From Nemertoderma westbladi (Eukaryota; Animalia; Xenacoelomorpha), in assembly GCA_032718475.1 (NCBI GenBank), contig JAUCBJ010006072.1, positions 1 to 33,405 of the forward strand: a stretch of DNA of 33,405 nt. Direction: 5' to 3'. Every line of letters begins with the position of its first letter. Within the stretch, counting starts at the first letter, position 1. Both the position numbers and the translations under genes were made by a program. A model generated the notes under the pieces. That model saw nothing but the letters and a program-made list of their open reading frames with translations. It did no database searches and was not told the origin of the DNA. Below are positions 20,460 through 31,544 of the stretch, piece after piece.

Positions 20460-21290
20460 ATTCAATGACACAATGTGATGAAAAAATTTTAGGGGGTAAA
20501 CACTAAAATGACTACAATTATTTGATAGCAGGCCAGGGCTCCAAAACATAATCGATTGTTGATTTACCACAAGGTCTATTAATTGCATTATCAAAATAGG
20601 TAAATTGACCTATTTTACTATCAGCACCTACTCTTCCGTTAAAAATACGGAGATTTGTACAAATACACATTTCTATGATATGAGGTGTTTGCCAAATTTA
20701 TTAACTTTTTTTATCGCTATTTAATCTGGTGGGTATTGAATCCGTAAGTAATAATTCATGACCCTGGTCTGGTAACAAGTTATCTAATGATTGGCATGTA
20801 GGACTATTGATGACAAAATCATTGGTGATTCCTGTCCTGGAATTAAAATCCCCGATAATTAATATTTCCGATTCCTGCCCAACTAGAGCTATACCGTCTT
20901 CCACTCTGTTAAACATATTTATACTATCGCCCTCATGATTTGTAAAACCTTCTGGAGCTATATACACCCCGCTTATTATGATGCTCTTTTCTAGATTGGA
21001 GTCATCCGTATAGCGAAGCCATAATATATCATCGTGTTGCAATTCTTTTATTTTTTCCATCTTCGAATCAAGTTCGTTTTATATATATATTTTGACCTCC
21101 AGGCCTTTGAGTTTTTATATTTTCGAGGGATACTGTATGAAAAATACCCGGGTATTTCTAGGTTATATACGTTGTTTGGACTTTCCCAAGTTTCAGTATA
21201 AATGAATATATCAGAGTTCGTAACTAGTTCAGTGAAGTCAGGATCTAGAGCAACTTTTAATCCTTCAACATTTAACGATCCGAAACGTAT
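20460..21290 (-). pseudogene. Decayed non-LTR retrotransposon (LINE, CR1/L2-group-like) apurinic-type endonuclease domain
   Basis: Across frames: IRFGSLNVEGL, DIFIYTETW, IPGY, GVYIAP, ILIIGDFNSRTG, NLRIFNGR, GQFTY, GKSTIDYVL, FSSHCV; several frameshifts and stops; no RT domain seen. Confidence 0.9.
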
Positions 21291-21419
21291 TGTGGTGGGA
21301 GAAGCTGTAGTCTGTTGTTTTGGATTATTAACTATGTACCCTGTTTCCGTAGGGAGTTCCCGGGAGGAAAACCGTGTCGCCTTCCCCTGGGCTAATATTG
21401 ACAGAAGTTGTCCCAGATG

Positions 21420-22900
21420 AGGTCTCCCATGAGATGTAAACTCTCTTAGGTCTCCCACGAGATGTACACTCTCTTAGGTCTCCCACGAGATGTACACTCT
21501 CTCAGGTCTCAAACGAGATGTACACTCTCTCAGGTCTCCCACGAGATGTACACTCTCTCAGGTCTCCCACAAGATGTACACTCTCTCAGTTCTCCACAAG
21601 ATGTACACTCTCTTAGGTCTCCCCGAGATGTACACTCTCTCAGGTCTCCCACGAGATGTACACTCTCTCAGGTCTCCCCGAGATGTACACTCTCTTAGGT
21701 CTCCCACGAGATGTACACTCTCTCAGGTCTCAAACGAGATGTACACTCTCTCAGGTCTCCCACGAGATGTACACTCTCTCAGGTCTCCCGAGATGTGCAT
21801 TCTCTTAGGTCTCCCACGAGATGTACACTCTCTCAGGTCTCAAGCGAGATGTACACTCTCTCAGGTCTCCCACGAGATGTACACTCTCTCAGGTCTCCCG
21901 GGAGATGTACACTCTCTCAGTTCTCCACAAGATGTACACTCTCTCAGGTCTCCCACGAGATGTAAACTCTCTTAGGTCTCCCACGAGATGTACACTCTCT
22001 CAGGTCTCCCACGAGATGTACACTCTCTCAGGTCTCCTAGAGATGTACACTCTCTCAGGTCTCCCCGAGATGAACACTCTCTCAGGTCTCCCCGAGATGT
22101 AAACTCTCTCAGGTCTCCAAAGAGATGTACACTCTCTCAGGTCTCCCACGAGATGTACACTCTCTCAGGTCTCCCCGAGATGTAAACTCTCTCAGGTCTC
22201 CCACGAGATGTACACTCTCTCAGGTCTCCCACGAGATGTACACTCTCTCAGGACTCTCACGTGATGTAAACTCTCTCAGGTCTCCCACGAGATGTAAACT
22301 CTCTTAGGTCTCCCACGAGATGTACACTCTCTCAGGTCTCCCCGAGATGTACACTCTCTTAGGTCTCCCACGAGATGTACACTCTCTCAGGTCTCCCCGA
22401 GATGTACGCTCTCTCAGGTCTCCCACGAGATGTACACTCTCTCAGGTCTCCCCGAGATGTACACTCTCTCAGGTCTCCCACGAGATGTACAATCTCTCAG
22501 GCCTACCACGAGATGTAAACTCTCTCAGGTCTCCCACGAGATGTACACTCTCTCAGGTCTCCCCGAGATGTACACTCTCTCAGGTGTCCCCGAGATGTAA
22601 ACTCTCTCAGGTCTCCCCGAGATGTAAACTCTCTCAGGTCTCCCACGAGATGTACACTCTCTCAGGTCTCCCACGAGATGTACACTCTCTCAGGTCTCCC
22701 ACAAGATGTAAACTCTCTCAGGTCTTCAACGAGATGTACACTCTCTCAGGTCTCCCACGTGATGTAGATTCTCAGGTCTCCCACGAGATGTACACTCTCT
22801 CTGGTCTCCCATGAGATGTACACTCTCTCAGGTCTCCCACGAGATGTAAACTCTCTCAGGTCTCCCACGAGATGTACACGAGATTCTCAGGTCTCTCAAG
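21420..22900. repeat. 28-bp (27-bp variants) tandem array, about 53 units
   Basis: Consensus gagatgtacactctctcaggtctcccac; no unique spacers. Confidence 0.97.
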
Positions 22901-23118
22901 TGATGTATAGTCCCTCACCTCTGTCAGTCCGACTAGTTGCCAAATCTCCGACACTATCGATGCCTTTATTCTTGGGAATCCGGAGACGCATTGCACCATC
23001 CGGGCTCCGAATAATAATGTTAAAAAAAGTTAATTATTAATCTTAAACGTGTTTTACATTTTATTAATAAAGCCGTAAAATCCCACCACCTGTATTATTA
23101 AATATCCTCTGATTCACA

Positions 23119-24322
23119 ATTATTGTTTTTCTAGTGCAAAAAACTATAAAATGATCGATTAGGTTAATTAAAGTTTAGACGTGTAAAATATATTATATAA
23201 AATATAACTGTTCGAATGTCCTTTTGTGTGGAGATCCACCAGAGTGTTTTTTATTTTTTGAGAATCGAAAAAATACTATCACCGGTAAAATAAATCGAGA
23301 AGGTCCCGTTTCAAAACAACAAACCAAATTTTACGACATAGGTGACAATTGTGGCGGCCTTGTAACCAAAACAATAAACTAAAAGAAGACATTGCAATTC
23401 CATATACTTCGGATGTAATTTTTATGGGTGAAATTTTTATTTTAACATTATTGGATTATCTTCTTCTGAAACAGCACAAGTAAAGTGGAGAAGCGTGGAG
23501 CTCATATTTGGGACATTTTAAGAAGAATGTGGAAGGCAGATTCGAGCCCTGACACAAAGGTGATCTAAATGTAGAATATTGTATAAAAATTAGTTCTCAG
23601 CTAAGGTTGATCAGAGAATAACAATAATGCTGGGTGAACTGGTTATAGTTTGTAAAATATTCACTTTAAAAGGCGACCCAAACACCACAAATTAAGGGGA
23701 ATTTATATGAAGTTAATTTGAATGGTTGCTACCATCAGAACTGAAACAACCGCCCCAATGGGGTGATCCGCCAAACTAGACGTCGTTGCCTCAACCGTTG
23801 TTGCTGGTGGCTCAATTCCTTCTTGCAAACGTCTTCATTGGCAATAGGCACGCACTCACCCAGCATCTTTCTCTCCTGCTGTACAACAAAGCTTTGGCGG
23901 ACACGCTGTTAATATGCATTATTCCTGGTAATTGCAGGAATAGCAGCTTGCAGGCGGAACAATCCGTTTGAATTTCACCTGGGTGTTCCTCGTACCAATC
24001 CGAATCCGGGAACACATCGGGGCGGGCTGACTTGTAAGTAACCATTGTGTGTTTGTCATTGCAAGCAACCGCTAACACATTGTCAAAATTATCTGTAACT
24101 ATAGAAACCGCAATCAATAGCATTTTCGCCAACTTGACATCCATGTTACATGTGGACCCAAATTTCAAAATGTCGATAATCAGTATAGGCCTATAGCCTT
24201 CAGTTTACCTTATTTGTATATTATTGTTTTAATACCCTATTTACATAGAAATGGTTGACGCGGTGCAACCATATAGGTCTATATTAGTTTCGGAACGTGA
24301 TTTTAATCATTTCTACTTTATC
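23119..24322. repeat. Local segmental duplication copy A (partner 25755-27169)
   Basis: Near-identical from attattgtttttcta to ttctactttatc, apart from a 214-bp deletion and small indels. Confidence 0.96.
23703..24144 (-). pseudogene. Disrupted paralog of the Ly6/uPAR-like gene
   Basis: Same N-terminus as 26335-26991; 1-bp loss in a C run (cacccagc vs caccccagc, ~23860) and a 214-bp deletion at ~23813; premature stop at 23812. Confidence 0.88.
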
Positions 24323-24540
24323 TATAATTTCAGTTTAATACGTTTTATTCTAGTATCCCCAAACAGATTTTCTTTTTTCGAAAGCGTAATATACAATCCT
24401 AGTTTTATAAGGTCAGTATCGTATGTCACTCCTATTAGTTAGTTATTAAAGTAAGTCTCATTTGCCTGACGTGATATTCGGGCTCGGTTCAACCGTCTCC
24501 TTAAATCTTCAGCTCAGCAGCTCTCTTCATTTTTTTTTTT

Positions 24541-24879
24541 TAATTGCAGACCACCTTACACGAAGCAACTTTTTTTGAAAAACTATTTATTATTTCTTAA
24601 AGAAAAAATCTCTAAAATTATTTTGAGTTACGTGTTAAGTTTCCCTAATGTCCAGTTTCCATTTGTCATACCAATACTCGTCATCATTCATTCATTATCA
24701 TGTAATCAGTCCACAATATTTTACAGAACATAAATCAATAGTCAAAACAGCTATAAAACAGCTATAAAAATAGGCAGAATAATGATATTATATCTCCCCA
24801 TGTACATTATAATACATTTTCATTCAAGCAATCAGAGTAGCAATAATTATACTAATAAGTAATAATTATTAAATTCTCT

Positions 24880-24908
<29 letters not shown>
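24541..24908. repeat. ~370-bp dispersed module ending in C26, copy 2 (preceded by poly-T)
   Basis: Nearly identical to 19859-20229. Confidence 0.93.
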
Positions 24909-24910
<2 letters not shown>

Positions 24911-24974
24911 AGCTTCCAACTTATTTATCCAATAAGATGCGAACGATTCCCAGATACTTATCTTACTTAGATAC

Positions 24975-25196
24975 TTACAGAAATTTATCTGAAATCAGCT
25001 GTCTTCCTCTGTCCGAATGTATAGATCTACATGGCCCAAACAAGTTGAACAATAATATGGTTAAGCACCTTTCCATAGTTACCATTGTCATGTCTGGAAC
25101 AGCAAAAGCAAAGGGAAACCTGGAGTATTCATCTACACAAACAAATAAATATTTATTTCGTGTTGCTGATGGTAAGGGACCCTTGAAGTCAATCGA
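24975..25196 (-). mobile_element. Ty3/Gypsy-type integrase core fragment
   Basis: SIDFKGPLPSATRNKYLFVCVDEYSRFPFAF...LFNLFGPCRSIHSDRGRQLIS contains the first two Asp motifs of a DDE integrase; followed by stops. Confidence 0.88.
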
Positions 25197-25207
25197 TTTT
25201 TTTTTTT

Positions 25208-25267
25208 TAATTGCTGACCACCTTACACGGAGCAACTTTTTTTGAAAAACTATTTATTATTTCTTAA
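25208..25267. repeat. Truncated third copy of the ~370-bp module (preceded by poly-T)
   Basis: taattgctgaccaccttacacggagcaacttttttt gaaaaactatttattatttcttaa. Confidence 0.9.
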
Positions 25268-25754
25268 AATGTGAAATGTCTTGAAAATGTGAAAAATCTT
25301 GAAATGTGTTTACTTAACTAGAGTAGGAGATCATGAACTAGCTCACGTTATCTTGCTGAACAATATTTCCATTATAGACTATTATCTTTATTCTCACTTA
25401 TTTTGTTGTACAAATATTCAGATTTCGATTTTATTATTTCTCGTTGGACAAGGAAGGTACTTACAGGATACTTGCAGTAATGATTATACTCAGCTAAAAA
25501 ATGGTGTTTCCTAAATTTATACAAATGGTTATCTCTGTTTCCCTGATAAAAGTAAGAATACGAGTGCAGTGGTGCAGTGGATTGATTAATTATTGGTGCT
25601 ACAGTATTAATATAAATAAAATATATCTTTAAAAACAGCTTAAGCAAGGTTAATGTCATGAGACTTAAAGACATGGTTCTCAGTCAGCTTTACAAACTTA
25701 TAAACCGTTCCTTAAACTGATAAACTGTTACTGTGTTATGCTCCCGGGAAAAAG

Positions 25755-27169
25755 ATTATTGTTTTTCTATTGCAAAAAAACTATAAAATGATCGATTAGA
25801 TTAATTAAAGTTTAGACGGGTAAAATATATTATATATAACTGTTCGAATGTCCTTTTGTGTGGAGATCCACCAGAGTGTTTTTTATTTTTTGAGAATCGA
25901 AAAAATACTATCACCGGTAAAATAATTCGAGAAGGTCCCGTTTCAAAACAACAAACCAAATTTTACGACATTGGTGACAGTTGTGGCGGCCTTGTAACCA
26001 AAACAATAAACTAAAAGAAGTCATTGCAATTCAATATACTTCGGATGTAATTTTTATGGGTGAAATTTTTATTTTAACATTATTTGATTATCTTCTTCTG
26101 AAACAGCACAAGTAAAGTGGAGAAGCGTGGAGCTCATATTTGGGACCTTTTAAGAAGAATGTGGAAGGCAGATTCGAGCCCTGACATAAAGGTGATCTAA
26201 ATGTAGAATATTGTATAAAAATTAGTTCTCAGCTAAGGTTGATCAGAGAATAACAATAATGCTGGGTGAACTGGTTATAGTTTGTAAAATATTCACTTTA
26301 AAAGGCGACCCAAACACCACAAATTAATGGGAATTTATATGAAGTTAATTTGAATGGTTGCTACCATCAGAACTGAAACAACCGCCCCAATGGGGTGATC
26401 CGCCAAACTAGACGTCGTTGCCTCAACCGTTGTTGCTGGTGGCTCTGTCTCTGTGGTAACCGAAACTGTTGTTGTGGCAACCGGATCAAACAAGGGATCG
26501 CTCCAATCCACAGTTCCATTGGGGTACAGGTAGTCGTGTTCCCACACCAAGTCTCCTACTTTGCTGCAGACTTCTGTTCCGTTGCAACACACAGACTGGC
26601 AACTTGGATGTGACAGATCAGCAGAGAAAGCTTCTCCATCTATGCGAAAGTTATCGCTCAATTCCTTCTTGCAAACGTCTTCATTGGCAATAGGCACGCA
26701 CTCACCCCAGCATCTTTCTCTCCTGCTGTACAACAAAGCTTTGGCGGACACGCTGTTAATATGCATTATTCCTGGTAATTGCAGGAATAGCAGCTTGCAG
26801 GCGGAACAATCCGTTTGAATTTCACCTGGGTGTTCCTCGTACCAATCCGAATCCGGGAACACATCGGGGCGGGCTGACTTGTAAGTAACCATTGTGTGTT
26901 TGTCATTGCAAGCAACCGCTAACACATTGTCGAAATTATCTGTAACTATAGAAACCGCAATCAATAGCATTTTCGCCAACTTGACATCCATGTTACATGT
27001 GGACCCAAATTTCAAAATGTCGATAATCAGTATAGGCCTATAGCCTTCAGTTTACCTTATTTGTATATTATTGTTTTAATACCCTATTTACATAGAAATG
27101 GTTGACGCGGTGCAACCATATAGGTCTATATTAGTTTCGGAACGTGATTTTAATCATTTCTACTTTATC
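25755..27169. repeat. Local segmental duplication copy B (intact)
   Basis: Partner of 23119-24322. Confidence 0.96.
26335..26991 (-). CDS. Intronless 218-aa secreted 10-Cys Ly6/uPAR (three-finger)-like protein with Thr-rich stalk and probable GPI signal
   Basis: ATG 26991 (gtaacATGG); hydrophobic N-terminus MDVKLAKMLLIAVSIV; 10 Cys ending CQSVCCNGTEVC; two NGT sequons; TTTVSVTTETEPPATTVEATTSS stalk; hydrophobic tail IGAVVSVLMVATIQINFI with no cytoplasmic part. Confidence 0.7.
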   Translation of the reverse strand: MDVKLAKMLLIAVSIVTDNFDNVLAVACNDKHTMVTYKSARPDVFPDSDWYEEHPGEIQTDCSACKLLFLQLPGIMHINSVSAKALLYSRRERCWGECVPIANEDVCKKELSDNFRIDGEAFSADLSHPSCQSVCCNGTEVCSKVGDLVWEHDYLYPNGTVDWSDPLFDPVATTTVSVTTETEPPATTVEATTSSLADHPIGAVVSVLMVATIQINFI

Positions 27170-27596
27170 CTAGTTATTTGTATTATTTACACGTCTTAAT
27201 AAAGTAAAAATGAAATTTACTTAAAAAATTATTTTGAATTTTATACAGTCTACTGTATCAAATTTTAGAAAATTAAGTAGGCCTATATGTAGTACAGTAC
27301 AGTATATACTGTAGCTACATTATATATTCAAATTTTCCTTAGACTTAATAGCAGAGTTACCCTTGGGTTACAGTAGGCCTACAATTTAATGTGGCCAAGA
27401 TGAAAATTTAAACTCATTTTTTTGGGATAAACTGTAAAGTGGAACGCTGTTTTGAATCTTCACTCAAAAATATACTGTAATTTGTTTTTTTGAATTCGAA
27501 ATAAAAATATATATATACATATTTTAGGTTGCAATTTAAGTAAATAAAAGTTTTTACGTCTTTAATTTTATTAACACATATTAAATTAGGGCACTA

Positions 27597-27857
27597 AAGC
27601 AAAAGCAAACTGTCAGCCGAAGCCGGAGGTGACCCGAAGGCTCCTCTTTCGATAGCTGCTACCCGAGGGTAGGAGTGGGCTACTCCTATCCCAAGATTTG
27701 CTCCCAGATATTTAACTGGTACTCATTTTATCTTCCCCAGTGGATGAAAGGCTGCGTGGACCCTGGCGGGGCTCGAACCTACAACCAATAGATTGCAGGC
27801 CCGGCGCTCAACCAACTGAGCTACCCCGCATTCCGCGGCTGATCGCGTTAGGGTCGC
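27597..27857 (-). mobile_element. Full-length tRNA-derived SINE with 12-bp target-site duplication
   Basis: Minus-strand A box TAGCTCAGTTGG (27812-27823) and B box GGTTCGAGCCC (27769-27779); core cagcctttcatcc...gataaaatgagtaccag; tttgcttttgc tail; TSD attagggcacta at 27585-27596 and 27858-27869. Confidence 0.9.
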
Positions 27858-29029
27858 ATTAGGGCACTATCGGTTCTGTAAAGGGAACATTAATAATTTA
27901 CGGTATTTACGATAATAAAACAATAATAAAGTTTAGATGGGCCATTTTTCAAAATACGAAAATGGCCAGGAATCATCTTTTATATAATTACACTATTATA
28001 GGTAGTTACATAATGACAATAAATTGTTAAATTTCTCCATGTATGTAGGGATTAAAAAAGTATTATTTGTCCTCCTTAATAGTTGTTTTCATCGTCCGTT
28101 AGGCCAGCGATTTCGCACAAGCCACACCATAACTAATTAACGGCTCTTATTTTCCAAAACGGTGTATCTGTCATTATTAATTTTGCTTTTGAAAAAAAAA
28201 TCCCGGTTTGTTTATGGTTATTCATATAAAAATATTTACGGGATAAATTCGGAAGTTTTCATATTAATATTCAATACAGTATAACGCTGTGCAGAATCCT
28301 ATTATGGCAATATAAACAGTGAAAATAAATGAAAATATGACAAATACATAATAGTACACAACAGTTTGTATTGGTTAAATACATCTGTGCCCCAAATGTG
28401 TTGTGTAAAATGCCTTGGCCTATGATCAAATGTGTTACATTGGAATAAGTTGCCAATCCCAGGTATATGTTAGGAATTGTTAGCCCTACAGTAGATACTG
28501 TAAGTCAGATCTGTTTTAACTACAGCTGTCCAAACTTGCGAATTTTTACCGAGGCGAATTTTGAAACAGGCCACAAACAGTAGGCCTACACGCAACAACA
28601 ATACACTTATTGCATTTACTACTGTAGAATGTGTGTAAAGGCATAAAAGTCTAGACCGCCTGCCATACGAGTATGCCCCTGTCTGACACTTCTGTCTTGC
28701 CCCGAAATACTGTATAACAATTCTGAAATGAAAGTCTGACCCTAGATTACTCTAGCATAAAATGTTTGTTTAATAATTATTTTACAAACGTTACAGCACT
28801 TCCGTTAGTAAATCTTATGGTAAAAATTAGTAAACATTTCGAATCATAGGCGAGAAAATAATTTTTTTTAGGCGTTTGTTTATAAACCGATATTATTTCT
28901 AGTTTATTGCAATTATTGTGCTACAGTAGTCGGCATTGACATTCGCTGTACTCCATGTATGCAACCAGTTCTTATTTGATCCCTAACCGTCGGCCAAGAG
29001 TCAACACCCCGACCACGCAGCATCACAAC

Positions 29030-29110
29030 TCCCCCCAGAATTATACTCCCAAGTGGAAACTGGTACTGATTTAGCTACCATTTAAGGATTCAAGGCAGAG
29101 GTGCGCCCTA
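29030..29110 (-). mobile_element. Degenerate SINE core remnant
   Basis: aactggtactgattt...aaggattcaaggc resembles the core of the 27597 SINE. Confidence 0.4.
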
Positions 29111-29421
29111 GATAGCTAGTCCCTTTAAAGCATTCGCAACGAAACGAAAATTACCCTGGTCACAATGCGAGAATTGATGCCTGGGGCTTTTTATATGGGC
29201 CTAAAGCTTTCGGACATCAAAATAAATTTTCTTATTCAATGGGCCTAAAGCTTTCTGGCATCAAAATACATTTTTTTTGTTTACAACGATCACATAGCGT
29301 TTGGTATCAATACGCAAAGTTTTGTGGTGGAGGTGGAGGGATGGCGTCGTAATTCTGGAAACAAATTAAGTTTTTGTTACCGGGATACAATGGGATCCAA
29401 CACTACAGTGATACTATACAG

Positions 29422-30170
29422 TTCAATTTCTTTTGTAGCACTATACACTGCAGTATATCGCTCTATCTTTTATTAAAGAATTAAGCAACTAAAAACTACC
29501 AAGTTAGGAGTAAAATTACGTATTACATGGAGAAAAAAAAGCAGAACATTTTTTGCAATAATTCTCTCGACTCTTTAACCTCGCAAATAAAATGCCTCGC
29601 GAATAGTGAAAAAAGTTATACCTTTTTCGCTACTAAATAATTAATTATGTATTGAATGGGAGATTCTTCTAGGCTCATTATGTAAGCCAAGGAATGTCTG
29701 TTCACCACCATGGGTGATCTTTCATATTAAACCCTTCCACTCTGTTTACCAAGTTGCTTTGGTTCCCTTTTATCGACCACTGAAGGATGAAAGCCAGGGT
29801 TGGGCTAGGCTGCAGCATTAAAAGCACTGCGGGAAATAGTGCTGCCCCATCTAGGGATCGAACCAGGGCTTCCTAATTAGAAGCCCAGTAATGTCACCAC
29901 TAGACCAAGTTTCTGTAATTACAGTATGTTTTTATACATAATTATGTATTACAGTATTACATGGGAAAGTCGAACATTATTTATTATTCTCGAGGCATTT
30001 TATTTACCGCGCACCACCACAGAGGTTAGTAAAGGGTTGAGAGAATATTGTAAAAAATGTCTACGTTTTTTTCCCATGTAATACATAATTTTATTCTTAA
30101 ATTTGAACTTTTTTGCTGCTCAATTCCTTCATAACAGATAGAGAGATATAGGGTTACAAAATAAATTGAA
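29422..30170. mobile_element. Diverged foldback/MITE-like element with ~230-bp inverted arms, interrupted by a SINE
   Basis: ttcaatttcttttgta...tattacatgg...ttctctcga...aaataaaatgcctcg (29422-29650) is mirrored at 29935-30170; a further arm copy lies at ~30784-30890. Confidence 0.75.
29700..29910 (-). mobile_element. tRNA-derived SINE, older copy
   Basis: A box TGGTCTAGTGG (29897-29907), B box GGTTCGATCCC (29854-29864), core ggctttcatccttcagtggtcgataaaa (29768-29795). Confidence 0.8.
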
Positions 30171-30410
30171 TTGCATTATTTTACTACAGTATATTGCTTC
30201 CATAGTTACTGCGATACAAATTACTGAACTCTTCAACTCCTGATGCTGCCTTACTCAACGTTAAATAATTTAGTGTTCTCGAATATTTATTACGTAACTA
30301 GAGAGCCGCTTAACAACATAAACCAATATTGGATATTGAGTTCCGTTTTGGAGTACGCCTTGTAAATACTAAAGTTTCAATAACTATTAAGTGTGCGCAT
30401 GGATTTTCCT

Positions 30411-30774
30411 CAAATTACGTACAAACCTTTTCTGCTTCGATGCTCTTTTAACACATGTAATAAAACTTAAAACATTCTACAAAAATATTATCTAAGAAAT
30501 AAAATTTATTATTCTTAAATTGTTACTTTTTCGCTCAAAATTAAACCAAAATCGGGAGAAAAAAGTTCCAAATAAAATGTAAAGAAAGTAAAATCAATGC
30601 AATCCTATTGGTTACTTTTTTTCTCAAAGGAATAAAAGTAACCCATATGATTGCATTGATTTTACTTTTTTTCACGGCGAAAAAAGTAAAACAAAATATT
30701 TTGGGTGGAATTTCTTAAATTTTATTAAATGTGTTCAAAGAGCATTGACCTAGAAAAGGTTTGCACGTAAATTG
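30411..30774. mobile_element. Foldback element with outer inverted repeats and an inner hairpin (30585-30668)
   Basis: ttacgtacaaaccttttct...atgctcttt pairs with aaagagcat...agaaaaggtttgcacgtaa; aaagtaaaatcaatgcaatc pairs with gattgcattgattttacttt. Confidence 0.72.
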
Positions 30775-31544
30775 TCTCGACCGCAATATTCTCTCGACCC
30801 TTGTTAATCTCTCTGACGCTCGGTAAATAAAATGCCTCGAGAATAGTGAAAAAAAGGTCTACTTTTTTCCCATGTAATAAATAATTATTCTAAAAAGTCG
30901 GCCTACTCCTTTTTCTCCCACTTTTGTTTTACATTATAATCAAATAGAGTTTTATCATTATGACCCCTATGTATTATTAACATCGATTGCTGCGTCACTC
31001 AATCGCACGACACTTCAATTTATAGTCAGTGTCAACGGGAAAAATTTATTTTACTTGTCATAAGTACTGTAGTTTCCTGTTCTGAATTAACATTTATTCT
31101 ACAGTATCTACTGTGTTTGTGTTGGCTACACAACAGAAACTGGAGTGGTGTTATGAATAATGCAATGCACTAACAATATGAACTACATATGAAATAGTAT
31201 GTCGTAGGTTGTACGTCGAGCGAGCTTAGGAAATAAACGCGCTTAATCATTATTATTGATTACACCTTTGTATTCCTAGCATCTGCTGGTAGAAGATAAG
31301 ATAGGAGGAAAACCTCCATGTTATCATGTTAAACCCGAATGGTACACAACGGGGTACTCCACTGATACAGCAGTATGTACGTATATGATATACCATGCAA
31401 GACATTACTATGCAATGGCATATTGCATCCTTCAGCATAAAGTAACTTATATAATCACATTGGCCTTCGGCCTATTAACTACACGAAATGGGGCATTCGC
31501 AAAATAAGCAAAATCTAAGCAGATATCCCCTAATCACTTTACAG

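Noticed and set aside
21420-22900. CRISPR array (28-bp, partly palindromic repeats)
   Set aside because: Units are contiguous with no unique spacers, there are no cas genes, and the context is eukaryotic.
22900-23020. LINE ORF1 remnant on the minus strand
   Set aside because: Short and without a recognisable motif; position is suggestive only.
21462-23040. Many plus-strand ORFs (MYTLSGLPRD...)
   Set aside because: By-products of a stop-poor tandem repeat in several frames.
18961-27015. TTG starts given by the ORF track at 18978, 24168 and 27015
   Set aside because: Eukaryotic context; in-frame ATGs with good Kozak context lie a few codons downstream.
27760-27830. tRNA gene (also 29850-29910 and 33140-33225)
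   Set aside because: A and B boxes are present but acceptor and anticodon stems do not pair well, and the 27597 copy continues into a SINE core, tail and TSD.
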